A stretch of DNA of 63,132 nucleotides, counting the filler, from Globobulimina sp. (taxonomy: Eukaryota): assembly GCA_003354225.1 (NCBI GenBank). It is 28 parts of 28 records of this genome, joined end to end, with 100 filler letters (N's around TTAATTAATTAA, not from the genome) between each part and the next. Parts side by side here need not be neighbours in the genome. Positions count along the whole stretch, not along the records: positions 47,434 to 49,590 come from PIVH01008559.1; positions 49,691 to 51,847 come from PIVH01008560.1; positions 51,948 to 54,104 come from PIVH01008561.1; positions 54,205 to 56,361 come from PIVH01008562.1; positions 56,462 to 58,618 come from PIVH01008563.1; positions 58,719 to 60,875 come from PIVH01008564.1; positions 60,976 to 63,132 come from PIVH01008565.1; 21 more parts are not named here. One strand, given 5' to 3'. Positions 49,568 to 60,976 of the stretch are shown here, piece by piece (positions within the stretch are counted from its first letter, which is position 1; every line of letters starts with the position of its first letter). The notes below the pieces were generated by a model. The model did no database searches. It was not told the DNA's origin and was given only the letters and a program-made list of their open reading frames with translations. Both the position numbers and the translations under genes were made by a program.

Positions 49568-50257
49568 TGAACTGGAGTGTTTTTTTTAAANNNNNNNNNN
49601 NNNNNNNNNNNNNNNNNNNNNNNNNNNNNNNNNNTTAATTAATTAANNNNNNNNNNNNNNNNNNNNNNNNNNNNNNNNNNNNNNNNNNNNAAAAAAGGCG
49701 TCACGTAATCCTCCTTTCATAAATTACATCACTGTGGCAAGAGCCTGTGTGATGATTGAAATTTAAATTCATAGCGACGAGGCGCTGAGAGGAACTAAAG
49801 AAAAACCAAAAAAAGAATAGATTAACAGATTTATGTTGTTGCAATTCGCTGACATAAATATTAAAATTGCACTGATTATACACATTTTTTAAATAACATT
49901 TTTTTGATGTCACTAATTAATTTTATCAGGAGCACTAAAAACAAACTAAAAGACATGATACAAAATAACAAATAGTTGCTGCAATACACACTATTTGACT
50001 TTTTAACCATTCTTAAATCATACATCGATCCGATTAAGTTTCAAAAGTTAAAATCCGATCATCAATCAAAAATACATTCAGTGAAACAAATTATTTATTT
50101 ATACAAACGCCATATAATTGGAACAGAACATTATAAATTATGGAGAATTATATTCTTAGATTCTATTATTAATAGTTCTCATATAACGCAAACAGCAATG
50201 CCTTCATCATAAAAAATGCCACATATTTGCATCAAAAACACCAACATCGCACTCAAC

Positions 50258-51409
50258 TCACACAAACGTGTACATACTTGATGACGTCAGACAGACGTAG
50301 TTATCCGTCAATTTGCAGGTAGCATTGGTAGTGGTCAAATTAGTCTGCAATGCATTATTTACAAACCAATTCGCTCCACACAACGCAGGATGTTCAATAT
50401 GTGTCCCATTAATACCACACGCGGCCATAATGGAAGTATCATCATTATAATCTGTGCCAATCGCCCATCGCCAGGCATCATCCCCGACTGCCGATACATT
50501 GACATGTAAAAACATATAAATATCGCTCCATAAGCCCACTTTCCCTCTCTTCCTCCATATTGGATGATCATTTTTCGTCACACCTCCTAATTCCTGATAA
50601 TCTCCATCCAAATGCACATGCAAACCATTCAAAGATGCATCCACCAAACAAATCATTGCCGGATACGCACTGTCGCCAAAACAGCCAAATTCAACAATGA
50701 CTTCTTCCTCCGGCGTATTCGGGTTTGCCTCCGCTGTCTTAATCTCCCATCCATCCCATTGCGATATCATCCGAGTAGGTATAACCGGGTCGGCTAAGGA
50801 CGCATCGCCCGATAATTCATACACATATCCAGCATCCGCATCATTTGCGATCAAAACCGCAACAACATTGGCATAGCTCTGCAAGTTCAGTGTCCATTGT
50901 TGCACAGAACACCAACTTTCAGCAACAGCGGAATATAAAAGCATTACGATCTGATCGTCATAGTATGCGGTGGATTCCCTCCATGTTGACACATTGCAGG
51001 GATTCGCATCATCTATTTTCATACTTCTGTACTGCTCAAATAATGTGATATTCGTTGCCAACAATTCAGTGTAATAATATGGTGCGAAATTGACATAGCT
51101 CGAGCTCGCTGTGCGTGGTGATAATGAATGTAAGGTGGACTCTAAATTGATATATATCTGTCTGGCGGGACAGTTATACGTTGGACTGACAGTGGGATTT
51201 GCTGTCGGTGCCAATGTACACTCCCTCATTGTTACTACGCCCGGCGCTAAAACATAACCATTATTTGTTCGTTTGTAATACCAAGTCGTGCAATTCCATG
51301 GTTCGGGCTCTCTCCATAACAGACAGATGAGCTCCCAATTCGGCGTTAATACGTCGCGTATCACTGCATCTATCACCCAGTATTTCCACCGCTTACTATA
51401 ATATACATA
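50258..51409 (-). CDS. Extracellular protein fragment with PA-like domain and Cys/Trp modules
   Basis: QIVMLL...C...NLQSYANVVAVLIAND...IPTRMISQWDGWEIK is PA-like; PTANPTVSPT linker. Confidence 0.6.
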   Translation of the reverse strand, partial: YVYYSKRWKYWVIDAVIRDVLTPNWELICLLWREPEPWNCTTWYYKRTNNGYVLAPGVVTMRECTLAPTANPTVSPTYNCPARQIYINLESTLHSLSPRTASSSYVNFAPYYYTELLATNITLFEQYRSMKIDDANPCNVSTWRESTAYYDDQIVMLLYSAVAESWCSVQQWTLNLQSYANVVAVLIANDADAGYVYELSGDASLADPVIPTRMISQWDGWEIKTAEANPNTPEEEVIVEFGCFGDSAYPAMICLVDASLNGLHVHLDGDYQELGGVTKNDHPIWRKRGKVGLWSDIYMFLHVNVSAVGDDAWRWAIGTDYNDDTSIMAACGINGTHIEHPALCGANWFVNNALQTNLTTTNATCKLTDNYVCLTSSSMYTFV

Positions 51410-51847
51410 CAGTTATTAATCAAATATGATATTTTTCCATAAAAAACATAATTATCCATTGATTTATTTCTGTTTGTTTTTGTTTCTATGTATATATCAT
51501 CTCCAATTTTTAATTGTTTCACATTTTTATTTTCAAATGTATTTTTTAAAATCAAACAACTTGGTTTAGTTTCAATTATATTCGTAACAGTATCAAATCT
51601 CAATGATTTATAATTCTTGTCCAATTTAATATATTCATTCGAGCTTAATATATTATTGATATCAATTGGAATTAAGTCATTTGAACAATTAATTCTTTTT
51701 TCTTTATTAAATCTTATAATTTCATTTGTAAATAACCATCGTTCAGTTCTATTTGTAATCAAATGGTAAAAAATATAGGTTGAATCATATTTTGTTATTT
51801 TACAAACAATAGTGTCTAAATTTTTGGTATAAATCGTTTCTTGACTA
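51410..51847 (-). CDS. AT-rich hypothetical protein fragment
   Basis: ORF 51373-51762 extends upstream; composition differs sharply from the adjoining gene. Confidence 0.35.
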
Positions 51848-51947
51848 NNNNNNNNNNNNNNNNNNNNNNNNNNNNNNNNNNNNNNNNNNNNTTAATTAAT
51901 TAANNNNNNNNNNNNNNNNNNNNNNNNNNNNNNNNNNNNNNNNNNNN

Positions 51948-54104
51948 TACGGTCTTATCAATTAAGACAGATATATTTGTTATAAATTTCATGCATTTAT
52001 CCAGTGACAAGCGCCAATTCTTATTATCAATCTGCGGAATAGTTTTCGGAGTTATTCCTTTAAAGGAAAGCAAATGATGAATGAACATGGTCGCTAATTG
52101 TAATTTTAATTCAATGTCTCGATTAACCGATATCTTTTCTTGGATATCAATAATCGACGCAGTCAAATCCGCTCTGGACGCCGTATCCAAGAAAGCAAAC
52201 CGTTGCTTAACATTATACACTTGGAAAATGATAATAAATGCACGGATATTTAAGTCATATTGATGCAAATTATACAGCTTCTCTTCAAATAATTGCGTCG
52301 CCATAACATTGCTAATACCAAATATATTATTACTCGCATATTGTTGTTGCGATAATGAATATTCGTTATTCATTTGTTTTATTGCACTTAATCCTTTTTC
52401 ATAAAATGCCAATTCTTTGCCAATGACAGCATTATTGTTCCACGGCAACGATGCCATCAAATCATTGTATTCATTCTTATTGAAAAAGGCAAACATTTGC
52501 GAGGTTTTGTAATATTGAAAGGGATCAAATATTGCATTGATTACGCATTTATAAAATGACACTAAGCATAAACTTTGATGTACCATTTCATACGAAACGC
52601 GTATTAATCTTCGCCAATTCCGATCTAATTCCACTGCTTTTTCGTGTAATAAGGCACAATATTTTGGTGGTATTCGCGTAGTGATATTATGAGAATGCGA
52701 GTAAGATTCGTAAAAATGTTTTGCTTTTTGCGCCGTTGGCTGTGAATCTATAAAATTATGCAAAAAATTATGATCCCCAACAAAACAATCCATCGCCAAC
52801 GATTTATATCCATTTACAAATGATTGCAAACATAATGTCATACTTTTCTGCAACGCGTCCAATTTTATGTCAGTATCCGCCATCAATGGTAACTGTTTTA
52901 ACAATTTCAACGAGAACGACTGTATTTGTTTCAATAACGATCGAAAATCAGCATCGCCATCACATTTCATCTCATTTTCCACCCAAACACTATGACTTTT
53001 TCTCGCCGCCTTCTTCTTTCTTCGTTTGCTCATCGATGAATGTGCAATTTGTGTAATTTGCTGTTTACCCCCACCTAATCTCGCAAGCATTAGCCTCAAA
53101 CCCATGGTCAAATCCATAATTTGGCGCTGCAAATAGTCCGCAGATTGCTTGGTTAACCATTCCGATATCGGATCATAGATAAACGCACTAAATAACTCGA
53201 TCCAATTCCGAGAATTACCACGCAACAAATTCAATATATACTGGCACGTACAATAAAAATGTCCCTTTGTCTGTGTGGTGCCCGACAAACCCAAGGCATA
53301 CACCATGGATTTCGTCAATCTGAACGGCACTAATTCAGGCACTCGTAACCTATAACCTTTCTCAAAACAGACATTAAAGTCAATATGCACCACTTCGCCC
53401 GTACGAAAATCCAATAATATATTACCAATATGGCGGTCCCCCAAACCAATGAACCATCCCAACACCGACGACAACGCAACGGATTGACTGAAAGTGGTGC
53501 ATTTAAAAAAGAAATCGTTGATTGAAGAGGAAGAGCACCACAATTCTCTCCATATTAATTCTTTGGGCGCTTTGGTCGAGATTTCCGTGAAGGCCTTTTT
53601 CAACACAGATATGGGCCATTTGTGTCTCGCCAATGTTTGACAGGAATATGAGGGATTGATTTCTTTCAAATATTTATCAATCAATGCACGGTACGAATCG
53701 ACGCCGGTTCCCCGCCGTTTGCTATTATTGTGGTCCTCAGCGATGGGTTTACCATAATTATCCTGCCAGGCACGAAAGATTAGGTATAACGGCGTGGCGT
53801 GGTCCACAAAGCGGATTAAACCGGTTTTCTTGTCTAAGGGAATAACTTCATACCAACGGGTACGTAATTGTTGATTGTATAATGTGTTATGTTTGCATTT
53901 ATTGTAATTGTAGGCATGCCGCGAGATCAAACCATTGCAATTCCGCAAGAATTGCATGATTCGTTCATCCAAATTCAAATCTTCGCGCGATTTCAATAAA
54001 TATTGATACGAACGACCGTCATTACCCACAAAGGATAACTATTTCGGGCGCGTTTTCATGCGGATAATATCGACGCGATTGTTGAAAGAATGCAGCAAAA
54101 TCTT
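51948..54104 (-). CDS. SMG1: SMG1-like PI3K-related kinase (PIKK), internal fragment
   Basis: YLLKSREDLNLDERIMQFL, ELWCSS, IGLGDRHIGNILLD, GEVVHIDFNVCFEKG.RLRVPE.VPFRLT, followed by a long helical insert typical of SMG1. Confidence 0.85.
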
Positions 54105-54204
54105 NNNNNNNNNNNNNNNNNNNNNNNNNNNNNNNNNNNNNNNNNNNNTTAATTAATTAANNNNNNNNNNNNNNNNNNNNNNNNNNNNNNNNNNNNNNNN
54201 NNNN

Positions 54205-54740
54205 ATATAATTCAACGCATATCAACATCAATTATGAATCGTTGGGAGTTTTTAAAGCCAATAAATCATGAAACAAGCTTTAAAATCGAGGCAGTGAATA
54301 TTGATTCAATTTGGGATAAATTATGGAATCTGTCATCCACTGTTTTTCTAACTCCATTGGGTCTGTACATTACAAAAATGTTTTCGTATTTATTGTTTCT
54401 CGGATTATTCACTGCGTTGTCGTTTGTACCTTTAGTTACTGTTTATTGTGAAATGGAAAGTACGGAAACAGCATTTTGGCTTATTAATATTTCACACATT
54501 TTAAGTGAAATACAAATGATTTGCAGCAAAGGATTTAAAATGTATTTTAGCGCAAAAGAGAGCACTTTTGATGTATAATAATATCTGTAACATTATTATT
54601 GATGTTTAGTGTTAGAATGTATTGTATTGATCATAACGCAGATTGTATGGAGTATGCTGACGATGATTGCTGGGAAACAACTTTAGAATTGGATGAACAA
54701 ATAAGTCATAGATTTGTTTTTATGGTATTATGGATAGAAT
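54205..54740 (+). pseudogene. TRP-channel-like S1-S4 fragment with a 1-nt deletion near 54575, truncated
   Basis: FLTPLGLYITKMFSYLLFLGLF...ILSEIQMI...YF...STFDV, then IIISVTLLLMFSVR continues in another frame. Confidence 0.6.
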
Positions 54741-54758
54741 GTGTGGATTGGAACAAAA

Positions 54759-56050
54759 TCAATCGGAATCAGTTACTCCATCAATATATCCAATTTCTGA
54801 TAAAACAGATTTCCAATTTGAACCTTGTAACTCATAAATACTATCACATAATGAAAGTCTGGCTTCATCAATATTGCCTGATATCCCTTTGGCTCTCTCT
54901 TTCATTTTAATTGCATTAAAACACCATTCTGTCATATTAACATTCGGATCATGAGAAGGTTCAAATATTGGTATGACATTCATAGCGTTGCACCATTGCA
55001 TAACTGCAACAGATTCATGCGAGTAATGATTATCCAAAATTAATATACTATTTTCTCCAGGAAATGGATTTGTTAATTCTGATAATCTCTCTAATAAAAA
55101 TTCATAAAACGTTTCTGCATTGACAGAATTGTCATAAATATCATAACATATTGGCCCAGTATAATTACATGCTAATAATAAATTTAATTTATAATTACCA
55201 CGTGTTAAATGGACAGGTACTTTACAACGTGTTCCACGTTTTGACCTGTGATCAATAGCTCACTTCACATAAAACTTGAAATCAACGAATGTCATGATGT
55301 TTGATTTCACGTTTTTGTGAAGTGAGCTAGTCACTAACCTGCCACGTTTTGGATTTACTGTTTTATCATTTCTCCATGTTTCATCTATAAACATAAGTTG
55401 TTTATAGTCTGTGCAATACGTATAAAATTCGCTCCAGAATATTTCACGACATTCTAGATCACTTTCATACGCCATCTTTTGTCATGTTGCACAGCGGTTA
55501 TAATTTTTGTGAGTTTTCAATTTGACTGTTAAATGTTGTGATTCCGTCAAACAAAAAACTTTAAAAAATATTAATCGCTGCGAGCTTAGATCACAAACTG
55601 AAACTTAACACGCGTAATGACTTTCAATGTTAAATTTTGATCCTGTAAATAATAATGCAAGCCAGATACGCTAATATCAAAACCAAAACCAAGCAACTCT
55701 TCACGTAATTTTTCCAATGTAATCTCTTTTGTTAAATCGACAATTGTATGGATTAAAACACCACAAAATGGTGTTATTTTATATCTTTTATTTTTTCTTT
55801 TATAATGTTTATTATTTTGCTTTTGAATTTCCGCTTCAGAATAAATATTTCCTGTTTCATCTCGGCGTTTACAATATTCTGTTATCGATTTAGTACACAT
55901 TCCAAACCAATCACTTGCTTCTTGAATTGTTTTTTGTTCATATAAAACCATGTGAACTGCCCTTGCTCTCATTTCAGGTGCATTATAGTTAGAAGCCTTT
56001 TGATATTCATATACATGCGGTTCCATATTGTTATCATTAATGTTACCCAT
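54759..56050 (-). mobile_element. Tc1/IS630-family DD34E transposase with two introns (55476-55609, 55246-55338)
   Basis: N-terminal HTH region; FIDET, ILDNH...MTE with 34 residues between D and E; PSHDPNVN resembles SPDLN; exact splice phases. Confidence 0.88.
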
Positions 56051-56543
56051 TATGTAGGACCAAATAGTTCTTTAAGCATTTAAAAAAAACATTGCTAGCT
56101 TCATCCATGTCATTCATGTCATCATGGCACTTGGGCAAAGCTTTGCCGTGCTAAATTAAGGGAGAATTGTAAAATAATGGCAGCCAACAAACAAAAGGTA
56201 TTTTTATAACATTTTTAGCGTTTAACATTTATTAATATTTAGCCCGACATTACTATCCAAAACGCAACCAACTATTTAAGAAAATGGCGGATAAAACAGA
56301 CGGGTTTGAATAGCAATAAACATAAATATTTTGCGTGCACTGCCATCGAGTTCTATGGCCTNNNNNNNNNNNNNNNNNNNNNNNNNNNNNNNNNNNNNNN
56401 NNNNNTTAATTAATTAANNNNNNNNNNNNNNNNNNNNNNNNNNNNNNNNNNNNNNNNNNNNTGACCAAACACTGATATCCACTCAAAAGAATGGATAAAA
56501 ATATTGTATTGTATTCTATTTCTATTATGCAATATCTTAATTC

Positions 56544-56641
56544 GGGGTTGATAATAAGAGGGAGTACCGAGAGAGGCCGGAAACGGAGCAGCGAAAATCC
56601 CCTTTCTTATCAAATCTTCTATACACATATCTTTTTTTTTT
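56544..56641 (+). ncRNA. SRP RNA S-domain (helix 8) hairpin followed by T10; 5' boundary uncertain
   Basis: AGGCCG-GAAA-CGGAGCAG (56574-56591) matches the SRP54-binding helix 8 motif; TTGATAATAAGAGGG pairs with CCCTTTCTTATCAA; T10 at 56632-56641. Confidence 0.75.
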
Positions 56642-57131
56642 AAATATATTTCACCATCGTGAACTACTGATTGATTATTATAATTTTATGCATATTGTCA
56701 GCGGCCAGTACTTGTTGCTTTATTTCAATTTCTCAAATAGGTATATACAATAACCGCAGTCATACCATTTGATGATTTGCTTTCTGTTCAGCCATGAATT
56801 TATCAAAATCTTCGTTTGTTTGTTTATTTAGTGCTCTCTGTGTTGCAGAACATTTTTGGAAATTGTCTGATTGTTGTCCCATTTTTAAAGCGATTTTCTA
56901 AACAGACTCAGGACAAAAATTATGGAAGAATTAAAAAAACTGTTGGATTTATCGATTGCTACGAGCCACATTTCGGTTTCCAACTCTCGTGATGAATTCA
57001 ATTAATATGTGCTGTAACTACATAATTTTCTAAAGTTGTCATTGTTTTTATGAAAACTTAATTTTTGTGACAAGTTGACTGAGTCATCATGTTTCTAACA
57101 TTATCACAACAAACAAGTAATATATAAACAA

Positions 57132-58618
57132 ATGACGGCATATAATGCACATATAGACAAATATTATAGAAATGGTGCATTTAATAACAGGACCTATGAA
57201 TTCTCCCAACAGCAACAGGAACGTTATAATGTTAACAATGGACATCACATGAATAACCCCAAAAACATGAATAATATGCACATCAACAATGGCAATAATA
57301 ATCATAATCATACTACCAACAATAATGAGGAAATAAAAAGTGATATTAATATGCCGGTATCATTTAGCGATCATATTATTTATTGTTTTGATAGAAAATT
57401 TAGTAATTATTATATTGAATGCAACTCATTTGAGCAACAATTAAAAAATAAATATCCATTTAATATACGCAGCATTGCAAAAGAAGAGTGTTGTAAATAT
57501 AGATTTTTACGTAAAAAAAACGATAGGTTTTATTACCTTCAAATAGAGGTACAATTATATATAGATATGTAGTGCGAGGATAATATAATATAAATGTGCA
57601 AGGATCGACATACAAACACAAACAAACACAAACACACAAAAAACACAGCCAGACGATATTTGTCCATTTGGCACAGAATGTAAATGGATACAATGTGCAC
57701 GTATTCATTATATATCAAACGAAGACATTTGTGATGATAGCTATGATAATATCGGATGTGGCGATAACATGTGTTTCAAGATTCACATCGGTGATGGACA
57801 ACGTTTAAGCGACCGCATTTGTAGTTTATTGTATGACTCTTATCAACGTCGTGATATTATTGATGAATCACTAAAATTTAATGAATACAAAGTCTCCTTA
57901 TTACAGTTTATGCGCGCATATGAGAACAAATACGGTGAATTCATTGGTTACAACAGTAATAATGCCAGCGACGGCATGATGAGTGAATTAAAGCGTGTAT
58001 TGCTGTCATATGGCAGTTATTATACCTATGATCATAATGAGCGAGGAATTATGCGTAAATATAGGTTATGGCGTTTAATATCCAACGCAGATTACATCCA
58101 ATTTGATAGCATTGGCATGTGGAAAAAAATCTGTTTCAACCATATGGACAATCATTGCAAGTTCAATCCATCCTATTTATGCCCATGGTTGCATCCGGAC
58201 AAATTATTAGTGTGTCTATTGTCGAAATGCCCCAATCATCATAATGGTACTGGTGGGTGCAATATATTTCATATACAACGCAAATTCACGCAATACACCA
58301 TCAAACAGGTTTATTATCCACTGTTGAAATCTAGCAAATCCATCAAATATGAATTGCATCAAATATATCACTCGCCAGCTACGAATATGAATATTAATTC
58401 GAGCAAAAGCACCGCAAATACTGCCGCTGCCACCGCCTCTTCTCTGGTCGCAGCGAGTAAGCACAACAACACACAGAATAACAGCAACAATGTGAATGTC
58501 TCGCAATGTCCACGCGATTTCTTACATTTTGCAGATCAATTAATTGATTGTTTTGGTCGCGATTTTAATGAAACAAATTGGATGTCATTTGACGAAATTG
58601 GAAAGAAATTAAAATTGC
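57132..58618 (+). CDS. CCCH zinc-finger protein with possible LOTUS/OST-HTH-like segments; intron ends at about 57676; 3'-partial
   Basis: CKWIQCARIH, C...C...CFKIH, ICFNHMDNHCKFNPSYLCPWLH; VSLLQFMRAYENKYG. Confidence 0.6.
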
Positions 58619-58718
58619 NNNNNNNNNNNNNNNNNNNNNNNNNNNNNNNNNNNNNNNNNNNNTTAATTAATTAANNNNNNNNNNNNNNNNNNNNNNNNNN
58701 NNNNNNNNNNNNNNNNNN

Positions 58719-60056
58719 AAAAATAAATAAAATATTTGATAATTTGTCGCATTTATTAAATAAACGAAGAAAATGTATGTTAGATCAAATTGATGCCGTT
58801 GCCATAAAGAATAAAATTAATAAAAATAATAACGACGAAAAGGATAATTATAATCCATCCATTGCACAAACTATAACCAACACAAACAATTTTTTAAATC
58901 AACAGCAGACATTTTGGGATAAATTAACCTCAAACAATGAGAATCGATTGGATCGAAAAGCCAAAATTATCAAAATGGGAGAAAATATTGATGCGAAATT
59001 TAAACAAACACAAAATATATTGACCAAACATATTGATAATGTGTCAAAACAAATTGATACAAATAAAAAAGTTGTAGTTGACATTGATTTTGTTATCAAA
59101 GAAAAAACGCATCAAAAAATTATAAAATGTGTAAACAAAGTGGGCATAATTATTAATACAACTTTTCAAACGGATGAAAAAAAACGGGATGGAACAGAAG
59201 AGGAACCAGATGAGGATGAAAAGGCTGTAATTATATTAACACAAAAATTAAAACAAGAAAGCAAAAATGCACAAATTATGAAGGAAAATACAAAAAAAGC
59301 TTTTTTACGCATGACAACATTCTCAAAGAATGGAAAATATCGATGGCTTCAACCAGAAGAAGACGATGAGAAAAAGTTGAATAGGTCGCAGTGTGTATTG
59401 GTCATTAAACAGAATCCAATTTATGTGAGATTGCAAAATGGCAAAATTAAAAAGAATGTATCAAACAATTTGTTATCAGTATCACCGTTAATTGATGGTG
59501 ATGGTATTGGTGATATTAATCAATATAATCAACACTTCTTTACATATTTTTTAAATGCTATGCATGATATTATTCAATGGAAAGTCGTTGCAGCGAGTCA
59601 TTCACTGGACAGAGCACAACGATTATCGTCCAAACAAACAGTGTATGCCAAATGGAGTGGAGAGAGAGCGCGTTAAGTATATGTTTACTTAAATTGTGTG
59701 AAATTGCATGATGATATGTTTGTTATTCACCAGTTCCTCAATGGTTTGTTATTGAGACTGATATTCCTGTATTGGTTGCACAATTTGAATGGAACAATCA
59801 TTATCAAGACTCGGATACCATCAAGGAATTTAAATTACAAGTCTCAAACCGATTGGATGGTTATAATAAAGATAATAAGAATTGGATTGATGTACAATCA
59901 TTTACCAAGGGAAGTAAAGAGTGGCAATCATTTCCTGTATCCATTAATAAAAATACACAAAGATCCAGATATTGGAGATTTGTTGTATTGAGTACTTATG
60001 GGGGATGTACCCATTTGTATTATTTAAAATTGACATTTAGTGGATATCATCGCTAG
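58719..60056 (+). CDS. Coiled-coil protein with C-terminal discoidin/F5-8 type C-like domain, 5'-partial (intron 59672-59733)
   Basis: Splice gives KWSGERALPQWFVIE...IKEFKLQVS...WIDVQSF...SRYWRFVVLSTYG. Confidence 0.7.
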
Positions 60057-60172
60057 CGTGATGAATTAACAAAATCATTGATTTTTCTCTGAAAAACTTT
60101 CTTTTCATCAAACAAGTGTTGTGATTGCTTGCCTTGATTAATTAAAAGTGGTTCTTTAATTAGTGTGCAAAA

Positions 60173-60793
60173 ATGGCTCAAGACCGTTTCTCTTTTAGGA
60201 ATATGTTATTGAGCGTCAAAATCTTGAGAGAGGAAAACCTCGGCTCGGGAGGCTACACTACGACACCATTAGAGTTTTTGCTTTTAGTTCATGTAATGCA
60301 GAGCCACTTACAAGAGACTTGGAAAGGATTTAGGAAACATATTAATGAATGGTCATTGCTAATAGTAGGTGTACTATGTCACATCGGCGGTATTTACTGT
60401 ATGCGTTTAGCGGGAGAATGGCGCGAATATTCCACCTATTCAAACACTGAAGTGTGTGGCTTCATATTCGGCACACTATTTCTCTCAATTTCAATTCCAT
60501 CCATTATTTATGTCTTAAAATCAATCTTTTGGATGAAATATAGCGTCTCCACCTTAATATGGATCTATTTATCTTTTGCAATATTATCCTCATTCGGTTT
60601 AATATTATCTTGTTTCACCTTCAATGGCTATGTCTATTTCATATGGGACCGCACAAACAACCTCTCCCCGGTCATCACGCTCACTTCTCTCATATCAATG
60701 GCTTTGTGTCTCTTATTTACCACCATCTGTCTCATCCATTTATGCAGAGTCTATGACACACGCTCAGTGCGAGGTATATTCCATAACAAATAG
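60173..60793 (+). CDS. Hypothetical 4-TM membrane protein
   Basis: 206-aa ATG ORF with four hydrophobic helices. Confidence 0.6.
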   Translation: MAQDRFSFRNMLLSVKILREENLGSGGYTTTPLEFLLLVHVMQSHLQETWKGFRKHINEWSLLIVGVLCHIGGIYCMRLAGEWREYSTYSNTEVCGFIFGTLFLSISIPSIIYVLKSIFWMKYSVSTLIWIYLSFAILSSFGLILSCFTFNGYVYFIWDRTNNLSPVITLTSLISMALCLLFTTICLIHLCRVYDTRSVRGIFHNK

Positions 60794-60976
60794 CTGCGAT
60801 TTTGCGTTAAAACCAACACAAAAACAAAACATGCAGCCAATTTATCCAAACGCCTGTCTCATTTCGACGTGCCCGNNNNNNNNNNNNNNNNNNNNNNNNN
60901 NNNNNNNNNNNNNNNNNNNTTAATTAATTAANNNNNNNNNNNNNNNNNNNNNNNNNNNNNNNNNNNNNNNNNNNNG

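Noticed and set aside
56134-56147. GGCAAAGCTTTGCC palindrome as transposon TIR
   Set aside because: Local hairpin only; no matching inverted copy at the other end of the transposase
56560-56600. tRNA-like sequence (GGAGTACCGAGAGAGGCC...)
   Set aside because: No TTC T-loop or cloverleaf; fits SRP helix 8 much better
2161-60975. Regularly spaced TTAATTAATTAA as a CRISPR-like array or biological repeat
   Set aside because: Always centred in N-runs of fixed length; an artificial concatenation linker
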